Source of the DNA: Longimicrobiales bacterium
GTDB lineage: Bacteria > Gemmatimonadota > Gemmatimonadetes > Longimicrobiales > Gaopeijiaceae
Length of the DNA stretch: 64,000 nucleotides
Direction: 5' to 3'
NCBI GenBank assembly: GCA_963664435.2
Contig: CAXXKM010000003.1
Coordinates: 1,472,001-1,536,000, forward strand
A program made the position numbers and the translations under genes. Positions within the stretch are counted from its first letter, which is position 1; each line of letters starts with the position of its first letter. The notes beneath the pieces are model-generated. The model had not been told where the DNA came from. It saw only the letters and a program-made list of their open reading frames with translations, and did not search any database. Below, in pieces: positions 11,705 through 21,478 of this stretch.

Positions 11705-13944
11705 CCGGCTCCGGGTCCGGACTCGGGAATCACCCGGTACCCACCCTGCATGGTGACGCCGAACGCCTCCATGTCGCCGCGGTAACGGGCGAGTTCGTCC
11801 GCGGGAAGCCCGGCCGCCGAACCCCGGTCGTAGAGCAGGCGGCTGAAGTGGAAGTAGTAGTACGGAATGTTCAGGGTGGTACGGTCGGCCCAGATATCGC
11901 GATACCGGAGGCTGCGGGCCATCATCACTTCGCTGGACAGCCGGCGCGTCCGTTCCAGATCGAGCCACTCCCCGCCCAGGGCGTCGTCGGCCTTGACGAA
12001 GCGCCCGTCCGCTTCGAGGTCCCGCAGAACCAGCCGGGTCGCGAGCCCCTGCCGGACGCCGTAGCCGTGCAGACCCAGCGAGCGGATGATCCCCCCGGTC
12101 CACGCGAAATAGATGGGGCGTTCGGCGATGCTGTCGCGAATGATCGCCAGCGCCACCTGGTCGCCCCGGCCGAGATAGGTGCCGCGCGGGTACTGCACCA
12201 CGACCGGCCCAAGACGAACGTTGGCGTCCTGCCGGGTGGCGGCCCCCTGAATCTGGTCGATGTCTTCGGGCGCGAGCGAGAGGATCGGGCGAGTGGGCAT
12301 ATCGCCCACGGGATACAGGCCGGCCACCCGCTCGTCGGGCTCGAAAGGCCGCTGTCGGCCGGGCCGGGTGAGCTCCTGCAGCTGCCTGGGATACCACTGG
12401 GTGAACAGGTACTGCCCCACGATGACGGTGACATCTCTGCGGATTCCCTCCACTTCCTGGAGATACCAGAGCGGGAAGGTGTCGTTGTCTCCGTTGGTGA
12501 AAAGGACGCTGTAGGGCTCGACGCTCTGGAGCAGATCGTAGGCCCAGTCGCGGGCCGCGTAGTCCCCGGCGCGACTCGCCCAGTGCCAATTGGCTGCGAG
12601 GGGCGTGAGGGCCACCACCGCCAGCGCGAAACCTGTCACCAGCGCCAGCGCCAGCCTTGTCACGACCACCCGCTCCCGCCCGGTCGAGGCGGGCAGACGC
12701 CAACGCATGCCCCTCGTCACTATGTGCCAGACGCCTGTGAGGCCGATCCCGGCCAGAACGCCCCACACGATGAACCCGGCGATGTAGAAGTAATCCCGTT
12801 CGCGCACCTCGTGCATTTCGGGGTCGACGATCTCGGGGGCCAGCGAATAGCCGTACTTGAAGTTCAGGTAGATCACGAGGGCGACCGTTACGGTCACCGT
12901 CAACGTTGCCATGTAGGCGAACAGCCGCCTGTCCACGCGCCGGATGACGAGCAGGCCGAACAGACCCAGAGCCAGGAAGACCCCGGTGACGGGCGCTCGC
13001 TTCCCGCTCGGTACGGGAGAAGGGTCCAGCCCCCGCGCCCACTGCCAGTCGAAGTACTGGAAGTAGTGCTGGAACTGCGAGGCCAGGGGCGCCTGGCGCT
13101 GGAGGAGGGGCGGCGGCGCGTACTGGTCCCGCTGGAGAACCGACGCGAGCCTGGGGCATCCCGCGTTCCCGGCGGTCAACACGGCGGCGGCCACTTCGCC
13201 GGCGGACGCGCAAAGCGGGTCCCCCTCGTTGATCACCGGCCGCTGAGCGGCGCGAATCGGCAGGAACACGTTGAAGGACAGCCCGACCACGACGAGAGGG
13301 AGCGCGCGCACCCACAGGTCGCGGCGCAGGAGCACCCTCGGGGCGGTCATGAGCAGCATCAGGCCCAGAGCCGGTACGGGCAGGAGCGACATGGTGTGAT
13401 TGGACCAGCCCAGGATCATGAGATAGCCCGCCACCAGCAGGAGGCGCGCGCTCCCCGGCTCGCCCTGCCGGTCGCGCCAGCGCACCGCCAGCCAGGTCAC
13501 CGCGGCGATCACGAGCACGCTGACCGTGTAGACCTTCTCGTTGACCACCGACTGGTTCCACACAGTGAACGCCGAGGCGCCCAGCACCGCGCTCGCCGCG
13601 GCCCCCACCAGCGCCCGCCGGTGGTCGCCGAGCAGTCCCCACGCGATGCGGTGGGCCACCAGGAAGAAGAACCCGCTCGCCGCCGCGGAGGTGAAGGCGG
13701 CCAGCAGGTTCACCCGTACCGCGACCGACAGCCCCAGTGGCGACAGCAGAACGATCCAAACCCTCGCGAGCACCACGAAGAGCGGGTTCCCGGGCGGATG
13801 CGGGATTCCGAGGATGTACCCGGTCGCGATGTACTCGCTCGTGTCCCAGAACGCCGTGGTGGGGGCCAGCGTGACGACGTAGAGCAGGAAGATCGCGGCG
13901 CCGGTGATGACGGCGGCGAGGTATGGCGGGCGATGCTCGTTCAT
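11701..13944 (-). CDS. DUF2723 (TMEM260-like, GT-C fold) membrane protein
   Basis: TLAPT..FWD..EY, GIPHPPGNPLF, EVRERDYF, LFTNGDNDTFPLWYLQEVEGIR. Confidence 0.88.
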   Translation of the reverse strand: MNEHRPPYLAAVITGAAIFLLYVVTLAPTTAFWDTSEYIATGYILGIPHPPGNPLFVVLARVWIVLLSPLGLSVAVRVNLLAAFTSAAASGFFFLVAHRIAWGLLGDHRRALVGAAASAVLGASAFTVWNQSVVNEKVYTVSVLVIAAVTWLAVRWRDRQGEPGSARLLLVAGYLMILGWSNHTMSLLPVPALGLMLLMTAPRVLLRRDLWVRALPLVVVGLSFNVFLPIRAAQRPVINEGDPLCASAGEVAAAVLTAGNAGCPRLASVLQRDQYAPPPLLQRQAPLASQFQHYFQYFDWQWARGLDPSPVPSGKRAPVTGVFLALGLFGLLVIRRVDRRLFAYMATLTVTVTVALVIYLNFKYGYSLAPEIVDPEMHEVRERDYFYIAGFIVWGVLAGIGLTGVWHIVTRGMRWRLPASTGRERVVVTRLALALVTGFALAVVALTPLAANWHWASRAGDYAARDWAYDLLQSVEPYSVLFTNGDNDTFPLWYLQEVEGIRRDVTVIVGQYLFTQWYPRQLQELTRPGRQRPFEPDERVAGLYPVGDMPTRPILSLAPEDIDQIQGAATRQDANVRLGPVVVQYPRGTYLGRGDQVALAIIRDSIAERPIYFAWTGGIIRSLGLHGYGVRQGLATRLVLRDLEADGRFVKADDALGGEWLDLERTRRLSSEVMMARSLRYRDIWADRTTLNIPYYYFHFSRLLYDRGSAAGLPADELARYRGDMEAFGVTMQGGYRVIPESGPGAG

Positions 13945-13967
13945 CTCACGGGACAGGGAATCGGCGG

Positions 13968-15605
13968 TCAGCCTCCGGGCACCTCGAAGCCCTCGCTGGT
14001 CTCAACCGTGGCTCCCGACTCCAGATCGGTCAGTCTCAGGCGGACCGAATGAATACCGGGTTCGGGCTGAACGAGGAAGAGGTCCAGGGCGAGCGCGAGG
14101 GGGAGCCGATCCCCGACTCCCTCGAGAACCAGACGCCCCTCCGAATCCACCGAGGCCTCGTCCAGTCCGGGCCGGACGCCCACCGGACCGCCGCCGCCGT
14201 CGAACACCTCCACCGTGATCGCGTAGCGGTAGGTCCCCTTCGGGTCGGGCCCGAGACCACGCGCGGCGCCGGACAGCCGCAGGCTGCCGTCGCCTCCGCT
14301 CTGCACGGCGAGCCGGGAGAGTTCGAGCCTGCGCACTTCGACGGCTTCCGGAACCCGTCCCTCCCGCTGCACCATCCCGCGGATGCGGCCGTACGCGCGC
14401 AACAGCTCCGTGTCCCCGGGATTCATGTTGAGGGCACGTTCGAGATGGGCCAGGGTCTGGTCGCGCACCGTGGGATCGAACTCCGCGCGGGGCGCCTGCA
14501 GCAACGCCAGCGCGCGCCATGCCAGACGGTCCTGCGGCACCAGCGCCACACGCTGTTCGAGGGAAGCGATGGCCCGCGCCGTGTCCCCCGCCACCGCGAC
14601 TGCCAGCGCCGCATCGACCGCCGGGTCGGCGACCGCGACATCGACCCGCTCCGGCAGAACCCGCACCACGTCCCGCCGCGGGTTGCCCCGGGAAACGACG
14701 TATTCGAAGCCGGCGCTCAGGCTGAGCTGGTGTGCGGTGTAGGGCGCCAGGCTGAAGGTGACCCGCTCGCTCGAGATCGACCTGACCTCGCTCCGCTCCT
14801 GGGCCGCGAGCTGGGCCGTGTTGACCGGAATCACCAGGTCGCGGAAGGAGAAGCGGAGCGCCGAATTCCGCCCGACGGGGACCCGCAGTGATGCCCCCAG
14901 ATCCAGCCCCCACGAGGTGGAGGTGCGCGAGGTCCACCGGATCTCTCCGGGATGTTTCGCATCCATCTGTGCGAACGCGTCGCGATGTCCCGGCGAAAGG
15001 TCGATGGTCTGAGTGAGCGCCACGGTTCCCAGATTGTACGCCAGCACGCCCTGCCCGCGGTCCCACTCCGACAGCTTCATGCCGAGGCCGAATCCGACCC
15101 CGTAGTAGTTCGTGCTGCGCGAGATGTCCTCGGGCGGGGAGAGCGCGCCGGAATAGCGCGCCACGGTTCCCGAGTGGCCGGCGAGGAGCGTCAGGTACAG
15201 CCCCGCGCCCCCGACGGGATTGTGGCGCAGCACCACTCGTGCCTCGGGGCCCAGCTCGGTGGTTTCCGTCCACCGCGTCTGACTCGGGAGGTCGGCGAGG
15301 GTCTTCCGGGTGACGAAATCGTCGTAGAAGGTGCCCACCATGCGCGACCCCAGGCTGCCCTCCACCGACCAGCGCGGCACCTGGCGCACGACCTCGGCCT
15401 CCTCCTGGCCGGCAAGCGCGGCGGGTGCGGGTGCCGCGGACATCAGGAGCATCAGCAGAAGGCCCGCAGGTATCGCATGACGCGCGCGTTGCCGGTCACG
15501 GGACCTGCGGCGGCCGGGCGCGCCGACCTTCACTACTCGAGGTGGGGACCATCCCTTCATTCCTAATGATGGAAGTATCCTGTGGCGCGCGACAAGGTCG
15601 GCCAC
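13968..15605 (-). CDS. Hypothetical exported protein (beta-barrel-like N-half, TPR-like segment); true start probably about 15450-15530
   Basis: Signal-like LLLMLLMSAAPAPAALA; alternating beta strands; LERALNMNPGD TPR-like; co-oriented with neighbours. Confidence 0.6.
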   Translation of the reverse strand: MADLVARHRILPSLGMKGWSPPRVVKVGAPGRRRSRDRQRARHAIPAGLLLMLLMSAAPAPAALAGQEEAEVVRQVPRWSVEGSLGSRMVGTFYDDFVTRKTLADLPSQTRWTETTELGPEARVVLRHNPVGGAGLYLTLLAGHSGTVARYSGALSPPEDISRSTNYYGVGFGLGMKLSEWDRGQGVLAYNLGTVALTQTIDLSPGHRDAFAQMDAKHPGEIRWTSRTSTSWGLDLGASLRVPVGRNSALRFSFRDLVIPVNTAQLAAQERSEVRSISSERVTFSLAPYTAHQLSLSAGFEYVVSRGNPRRDVVRVLPERVDVAVADPAVDAALAVAVAGDTARAIASLEQRVALVPQDRLAWRALALLQAPRAEFDPTVRDQTLAHLERALNMNPGDTELLRAYGRIRGMVQREGRVPEAVEVRRLELSRLAVQSGGDGSLRLSGAARGLGPDPKGTYRYAITVEVFDGGGGPVGVRPGLDEASVDSEGRLVLEGVGDRLPLALALDLFLVQPEPGIHSVRLRLTDLESGATVETSEGFEVPGG

Positions 15606-15675
15606 GAGGACCGCAGCCGGGGACGCCGCCCACCAGACGGTTCCCGGCTCGGTCCGGAAGGCGCTCCGGAGGCCG

Positions 15676-16500
15676 TCACCGTACCTCGAAGAACGCGCTG
15701 TCGGCGCTGAAGGCGGAGAATACGCCCAGCGCGCCGCGCACGTTCGACGGGGGCTCGTTCAGATCCCTCGAGTCCTGGTTGAGGCCCTCGTACAGGTCGG
15801 CGTACTCCTCGTTGACCCGATAGAGCCTGACCCGATGGCGGCCGAAGTAGGAAAGCGATCGAGCGCTGACGAGGGCGCTGTCACCCGCAGTCGGGCGCTG
15901 GACGAAACGTCGGGCGAACCCTCCCCCGAACGGGCTCTCGGCAAAGGGCGCCGGTTCCGCCTCGATGTTGTCGACCACGACGTAGTGAAGCGCGCTGGCG
16001 GAGTTCTCCCAGCGCGCCACCAGCCCCTCGTCCGCGCCCGGCTGGAAGCCGCCGCCCCGAACGCCGAACTCGGGGGGCGACATGACGGTCGCCGACAGCG
16101 ACAGCCCGTGCGGCGGGACGGGAACCACGGTTTCCGCGGTCGCGGTGCGGTCGCCATGGGACGCTTCCAGGCCGAAGACATCGCCGACTTTGACCAACAG
16201 GTCGCTGCCGGGATAGTGATACCGGCCCGGCTCACCCTCCGTCGGTACCAGATCGAACCGCGCGCCGTCGCGCGTGATCGCGATGCGCGCGTCCGCGATC
16301 GGTGCGGCGGTGGCGGTGGAATCGGCGTCGATGGGGAGCACTCCCGTCACGGCGACCTCGGTGACTGGCTCCCCGGCGAACAGGAAGGCTTGCACGACGA
16401 AGGTATCCGGTGTCGTCGGCGCGAAGGCGAGATCGGTGTCGCACGCGACGACGGTCCCCGCGAGAGCGGCGATGAACAGCAAAGCGATTCTGTTCTTCAT
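15676..16500 (-). CDS. DUF4249-like lipoprotein partner of the TonB receptor
   Basis: Lipobox VVAC, VVQAFL.AG, C-terminal SNVRGALGVFSA; 12 bp after the receptor gene. Confidence 0.75.
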   Translation of the reverse strand: MKNRIALLFIAALAGTVVACDTDLAFAPTTPDTFVVQAFLFAGEPVTEVAVTGVLPIDADSTATAAPIADARIAITRDGARFDLVPTEGEPGRYHYPGSDLLVKVGDVFGLEASHGDRTATAETVVPVPPHGLSLSATVMSPPEFGVRGGGFQPGADEGLVARWENSASALHYVVVDNIEAEPAPFAESPFGGGFARRFVQRPTAGDSALVSARSLSYFGRHRVRLYRVNEEYADLYEGLNQDSRDLNEPPSNVRGALGVFSAFSADSAFFEVR

Positions 16501-16512
16501 GGTCGTTCTCCT

Positions 16513-18963
16513 CTACCGAAAGCCCGCGCGAAACCCGATGCTGGGCGTGAATCCGAGCGTTGTGACGTCCGTGACCAGCATGGGCAGGTCCGTCAGGTCG
16601 AACTGGCGATACCACACGTTGTTGCGTCCGTAGACGTTGAAGAGCGAGAGGTTCACCTCGTAGAAGAACTCGCGCACCTCGAAGCGGCGGCTCGCGGCCA
16701 GATCAAGGCGGTGATAGGCGGGCAGGCGCTCCCCGTTCTTCGCGCCGACGTGGATGTAGTTGAGGGTGCGCCCGTCCAGCAGCGTGATCGGGTACTGGGC
16801 CTCGGGCACCGTATAGGGCCTTCCCGAGCCGTACACCCATCCCCCGGTCAGCGTCCAGCGGCCCAGCTGGTAGCTGCCGAGGGCCTTGACCTCGTGGCGC
16901 TGGTCGTGGCTCGCCGGAAACGCGAGCCCGTCGTTGAAGCCCGCCAACTCATGTTCGACGTTCGCGAGGGTATAGCCGATCCAGCCGGTCAGCGCACCGC
17001 GTTTCTTCTGCGCGAGCAGCTCCACGCCGCGGGCCGTCCCGGTGCCCTCGAAGAAAAGCTCGGCGAGCTGCTGTCCGGGAGCCCGGCGCGACCGGGTCGA
17101 GAATTGTGCGACGCCTCCCAGGTCGCGCACGTAGGCCTCGACGTCGAACAGGTAGTCGCCGGTCTCCCAGGCGATGCCCGCGATCCAGTGCTCGGCGGAG
17201 GATGGCGCGATGTTGTCGCCGGCGAGGATCCAGAAGTCGCGGCTTCCCTCCAGGATGTCCTCGTTCTCGACCCGCTTCACGAACTGGTTGTAGCGGCCCC
17301 AGGCCCCGGTCAGGGCGAGTTCCTCGGTGAGGGAATAGCGCGCCGATGCACGCGGTTCCCAGTAGGTCTTCCCGGTCCCGTCGTAGTTGGTCACCCGCAG
17401 CCCCGCCGTCAGGTCCGCGCGTCCGGAGGGAGTCCAGGAATGCTGGAGATACCCGGCGGTCAGGTTGCTCTCGCCGTCCAGGTTCAGGGTCTGCGCCGAA
17501 TCGCCGCGCAGCCGCGTCAGGGCGTAGGCCACGTCGCTCCGGGTGAACTGGGCGCCGAACCCGATCTCGGAAGACGGGAAGGGCCGCCAGGTGTTGTCCA
17601 GGCGGGCCGTCAGGTCCTTCACGCGGTTGTCCTCGTCGAATCCGCGCGCGACCTGCGATGACGCCACGTCGAGCGTCGCCTCGGAGAAATACTGCGAATA
17701 CGCGAACAGGGCGTCGGTCGCCAGGCGGCTGCCCCACTGCCGGGCCCAGCGGCCGCTCACGCCGCGGTTGCCCCAGTTGGAAAGATCCGCCCGGTCCGGC
17801 GTCAGCCGGGTGTCGCCCGCCGGGGTCGTGACCTCCTGCCCCGGTGTCGACTTGTCCAGGCGATCCTCTCCTCCGTAGACGGAGAGCGTGAGGACATCCT
17901 CGGAGGTGGGCAGGAAGGTGAGCTTCGAGTTCAGGTCGTAGAAGTAGAAGTCGGGCTCGAACGTCTGCTGCTGGACGTTGCCGAAGCGGCCGAATCCACC
18001 CCCGAAACCCCTGCCCGGCCCCGCCACCCCGGCGTCCGCGTCGTCGGCTCCTTCCAGCGTGCCGAAGATGTCGTTGTACAGGCCGGTGCGTATGAGATCG
18101 GTGTACGACCGGCGCGCCGAGACCAGCCACGACCCCTTCCCGGCCAGCGGAACCTCGGTCACCGCGCGGGCGCTCAGCAGGTTGACCCCGCCCGACATCC
18201 GGAACTCCTCCGGGTTGCCCGACTTGCCGACCATCTCCACGACGCTGGAGGTGCGCCCGCCGTACTGCGCCGGGAAGCCTCCCTTGAAGAGGCGCACATC
18301 CTGGACGGCGTCCGAGTTGAACGCGCTGAACACCCCGAAGAAGTGGTCCACGTGGTAGACCGTCATGCCGTCCAGCAGCACCAGGTTCTCGTCGGGCGTC
18401 CCTCCGCGGACGAACAGACCGGAGGTGGCGTCGTTGGTGCCGCTGACCCCCGGAAGAAGCTGAAGCGTCCGGAAGACATCCGTTTCCCCCAGCGAGGGCA
18501 GGGTGCCGAGCCTCTGGGGTGAAAGCGCGATCTGCCCGGCGGCCTCTCCCTGCGCGACGATATCGGTTGCGGTGGTGGCGGTAACGGTCACGCCGTCGAT
18601 CTCGATGGCGCGCGGTACGAGCAGGACCGGAACTTCGCGGCCCGCGTCGGCGTCGAGCGCGATCTCCCGGGTCTCGTAGCCGAGGTGCTCCACCCGCAGG
18701 ACGCGGTCCGCCACAGCGGGCAGACCGACCAGCACGAACCGGCCGAACTCGTTGGTGAATACGCGGAATGCGTGGTCGTCCACGGACACCAGAACGTTGG
18801 GCAGCACTTCGTTGCTGACCGAGTCCCGCACTGTGCCGACCAGGTCGACCTGCGCCGCGGCCGGACTGGCGCCCCACGCGAGAATGGCGGCAATCAAAGC
18901 CAGCGCTCGGCCGAACGGCACGATGTCCGACAGGCTCCGACGAATCACGTTCCCAATCCTCAT
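16513..18963 (-). CDS. TonB-dependent receptor with carboxypeptidase-regulatory-like N-domain
   Basis: DVFRTLQLLPGV, VRGG..DENLVLLDG, KGGFPAQYGGRTSSV, LPAYHRLD; strong RBS GAGGAGG. Confidence 0.93.
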   Translation of the reverse strand: MRIGNVIRRSLSDIVPFGRALALIAAILAWGASPAAAQVDLVGTVRDSVSNEVLPNVLVSVDDHAFRVFTNEFGRFVLVGLPAVADRVLRVEHLGYETREIALDADAGREVPVLLVPRAIEIDGVTVTATTATDIVAQGEAAGQIALSPQRLGTLPSLGETDVFRTLQLLPGVSGTNDATSGLFVRGGTPDENLVLLDGMTVYHVDHFFGVFSAFNSDAVQDVRLFKGGFPAQYGGRTSSVVEMVGKSGNPEEFRMSGGVNLLSARAVTEVPLAGKGSWLVSARRSYTDLIRTGLYNDIFGTLEGADDADAGVAGPGRGFGGGFGRFGNVQQQTFEPDFYFYDLNSKLTFLPTSEDVLTLSVYGGEDRLDKSTPGQEVTTPAGDTRLTPDRADLSNWGNRGVSGRWARQWGSRLATDALFAYSQYFSEATLDVASSQVARGFDEDNRVKDLTARLDNTWRPFPSSEIGFGAQFTRSDVAYALTRLRGDSAQTLNLDGESNLTAGYLQHSWTPSGRADLTAGLRVTNYDGTGKTYWEPRASARYSLTEELALTGAWGRYNQFVKRVENEDILEGSRDFWILAGDNIAPSSAEHWIAGIAWETGDYLFDVEAYVRDLGGVAQFSTRSRRAPGQQLAELFFEGTGTARGVELLAQKKRGALTGWIGYTLANVEHELAGFNDGLAFPASHDQRHEVKALGSYQLGRWTLTGGWVYGSGRPYTVPEAQYPITLLDGRTLNYIHVGAKNGERLPAYHRLDLAASRRFEVREFFYEVNLSLFNVYGRNNVWYRQFDLTDLPMLVTDVTTLGFTPSIGFRAGFR

Positions 18964-19136
18964 CCCCCCTCCTCGTCTTCGGGTCCACCGCCCTTCCCCG
19001 TTGAGGGAGACGATGCCCAGGTCCGAAAGGGTTGCCCCTGGCCGGCGGCCCGAGTGGTGGGTTCCGTCCCCGCCGGCGGAGCGGACGGGACGGGGAAGGG
19101 CGCGCGGCGGGCAGTGCGCCGGAGAGGCTCGTGCGT

Positions 19137-19197
19137 ACGCCGCCGGCCCGCTCGTCGCGTGGACGCCGCCGGCCCGCTCGTGGCGTGGACGCCGCGG
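19137..19197. repeat. 26-bp tandem duplication plus partial third copy
   Basis: acgccgccggcccgctcgt(c/g)gcgtgg at 19137-19162 and 19163-19188. Confidence 0.85.
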
Positions 19198-19230
19198 TGG
19201 GAATCGGGTTGGGGCGCGAGTTTCCGGGAA

Positions 19231-20532
19231 TCAGTGGACCGCGGCGACCAGCTCCCCGCCGCGAAGCTCCAGGACGGAACGGAAGCGATCGCCGGGGCTC
19301 GCGCGCCCGTCGATTCGGGTGCGCAGGTAGTCGCCGGTGACGCCCGCGATCCGCTCCTGCGAGCCCTCCACCACGACATCCGCAACCGTTCCGGCCCGGC
19401 CGCGCCGGTAGCGCTCCTTCTTGGCCAGCGCCATCTCCCGGAGCACCCTGGAACGCGCCGCGGCGACATCGCCCGGCACCCGGTCCGGCAGCTCGGCGGC
19501 CGCGGTTCCCGGGCGGACGGAGAACGGGAATACGTGCAGATAGGTGTACGGAAGCTCCTCGACCAGCGCGCGCGTCTCCTCGAACTCTTCCTCGCCCTCG
19601 CCGGGGAAGCCGACGATGATGTCGGCGCCGAGCCCCAGCGGTCCCATCCTCCCGGCGATCTCGAGGACCCGGCGGCGGTACGCCGCGCGCGTGTGCCAGC
19701 GCCGCATGAGCCTCAACACCTTGTCCGAACCGCTCTGCAGGGGAACATGGAGATGAGGAGCCAGACGCCCTTCCGAATCGGCAAGCAATGCCAGCAGAGC
19801 GTCGTCGATCTCGGTCGCCTCGATGGACGAGAGCCGAATGCGGACCGGCACCGAGTCCAGCAGGAGAGCGCAGAGCTCCGCCAGCGTGGTGCGCGGCTCC
19901 AGGTCCCGGCCGTAGTGCCCGATGTGGATTCCGGTGATCACGAATTCGGGGTGAACGCGCGCCAGCGCCCGGGCCTCCTTCACCACGTCGGCCGGTGGGC
20001 GCGATACGGAAGCGCCGCGCGCCAGCCGGGTCGCGCAGAACGAGCACTTGCGGTCGCAACCGTCCTGCACCTTCAGCCAGGCCCGGGTGCCCCTCGCGTT
20101 GCGCAGCAGGGGGCCGTCTTCGGTCGACGGGGGGCCGAATGCCGGATCCAGCGTCGCCAGGTGGCTCGCCAGCGCGCGGGCATCCTGCCCCGGCACGACC
20201 CCGTCCACCTCCGGCATGCTCCGGTAGTCGTCCTCGCGCAGCGCGGCCGAACAGCCCGCCACCAGGATGCGCGCGCCGGGGTTCTCCCGCCGCAGCCGGC
20301 GCACCAGCCGGCGCGCCTCCGCATCCGCCTGGTTGGTGACCGTGCAGGTGTTGACCACAAGCGCATCGGCCTCGCCGGGTCGGGCGACGGCGCGCGCGCC
20401 CCCGAGCTCCAGCTCCTGGCGCATGCGCTCGGTGTCGTACTGGTTGGCCCGGCACCCGAAGGTATGGAACCAGACGGCGGGCGCCGGTTCGCCGGGTCCG
20501 GCGGCGTCGGAGCGGACCGGGAGCCGGATCAT
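19231..20532 (-). CDS. mtaB: tRNA t6A methylthiotransferase MtaB (MiaB-like radical SAM)
   Basis: TFGCRANQYD, NTCTVT, GC, CDRKCSFC, LHVPLQSGSD, IVGFPGE, HVFPFS.RPGT. Confidence 0.88.
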   Translation of the reverse strand: MIRLPVRSDAAGPGEPAPAVWFHTFGCRANQYDTERMRQELELGGARAVARPGEADALVVNTCTVTNQADAEARRLVRRLRRENPGARILVAGCSAALREDDYRSMPEVDGVVPGQDARALASHLATLDPAFGPPSTEDGPLLRNARGTRAWLKVQDGCDRKCSFCATRLARGASVSRPPADVVKEARALARVHPEFVITGIHIGHYGRDLEPRTTLAELCALLLDSVPVRIRLSSIEATEIDDALLALLADSEGRLAPHLHVPLQSGSDKVLRLMRRWHTRAAYRRRVLEIAGRMGPLGLGADIIVGFPGEGEEEFEETRALVEELPYTYLHVFPFSVRPGTAAAELPDRVPGDVAAARSRVLREMALAKKERYRRGRAGTVADVVVEGSQERIAGVTGDYLRTRIDGRASPGDRFRSVLELRGGELVAAVH

Positions 20533-20818
20533 CGACCTGTCCGGCTGCAGTGGGTCCGCGAGGCGAGTTCGCCGGGGATGGCGTCCGGGGGGCGGCGCGC
20601 GCACGTTGCGCGCACGTGACGTTGTGCCATGCGGTCGGTCTCGGAGACTCGGTTGGTCATCCCGGCGCTACTGTGGGAAGATTCCAGAATGCGTGAACAG
20701 GATGATGGAGCGGGATGCCCACAGCAAGTTGACGGAACACCCGTCCTTGGAAAGGGTCAATCTGAGCCGTACAGCACTGGTCTGTACCGTGATGACGGAC
20801 AAGGTAGGAGGTAATCCG

Positions 20819-21424
20819 ATGTATGAAAATCGATGCGGACGCGCGGTCGGTTCTCTCGTAGTTCTCATCCTGGCGGGACTGGCTGGCTGCGCTGGCGATA
20901 TGCACACGGCAACCCCCGCCCGGATCACTCAAGCCGCTTTCTGGCAGGAACTGGCGGCTCACTGCGGATCCTCCTACGCAGGGCGGGCAACCCTGGCTCC
21001 GGAAGGAGACACAGTCGTCGAAGGCAGAGATCTGGTCATGCACGTCATGGAATGCGCAGAGAACGAGATTCACATCCCCTTCCATGTGGACGACAACCGA
21101 TCACGCACATGGGTCCTCACGCGCTCCGATTCCTCGCTGGTCCTGGCGCACGACCACCGGCACGAGGACGGTACACCAGAGAGCAACTCCGGTTACGGAG
21201 GCGAGACGGTTGTACCCGGCACAACTCGGTCTCAGGCGTTTCCAGCCGACCGGCCCGCCGGTGAACTCGAGCACCCGGACGGCACCAACGTTTGGACCAT
21301 GGAGTTCGAGTCCGAAGATCGCTTCGTGTACGCGTTTCATCGAACAGGAACCGATCGCCGCTATCGTATCGAGTTCGACATGACGGAAACGGTTCCGATC
21401 CCCCCGCCGCCCTGGGGAAGGTGA
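20819..21424 (+). CDS. Conserved hypothetical lipoprotein
   Basis: RBS AGGAGG; lipobox LAGC; IPFHV...SRTWV, HDHRHEDG, YGG, C-terminal PPPPWG. Confidence 0.8.
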   Translation: MYENRCGRAVGSLVVLILAGLAGCAGDMHTATPARITQAAFWQELAAHCGSSYAGRATLAPEGDTVVEGRDLVMHVMECAENEIHIPFHVDDNRSRTWVLTRSDSSLVLAHDHRHEDGTPESNSGYGGETVVPGTTRSQAFPADRPAGELEHPDGTNVWTMEFESEDRFVYAFHRTGTDRRYRIEFDMTETVPIPPPPWGR

Positions 21425-21478
21425 GCGTAGCCGGCAGAGCCCTCGAGGGTCTGCGGGCCGCCGGCCACGAAACCCGGT

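Noticed and set aside
19016..19045. SRP RNA-like CAGGTCCGAAAGG
   Set aside because: Lacks the conserved AGCAG on the 3' side of the loop
16949..20455. Very long alternative-frame ORFs (also the 5' parts of 10469..13759, 40351..43926 and 47647..50241)
   Set aside because: Arg/Pro/Gly-rich shadows typical of high-GC DNA, overlapping genes with clear family motifs
20629..20814. 61-aa ORF as a RiPP precursor for the halogenase
   Set aside because: No leader or core features, no clear RBS, 2 kb away
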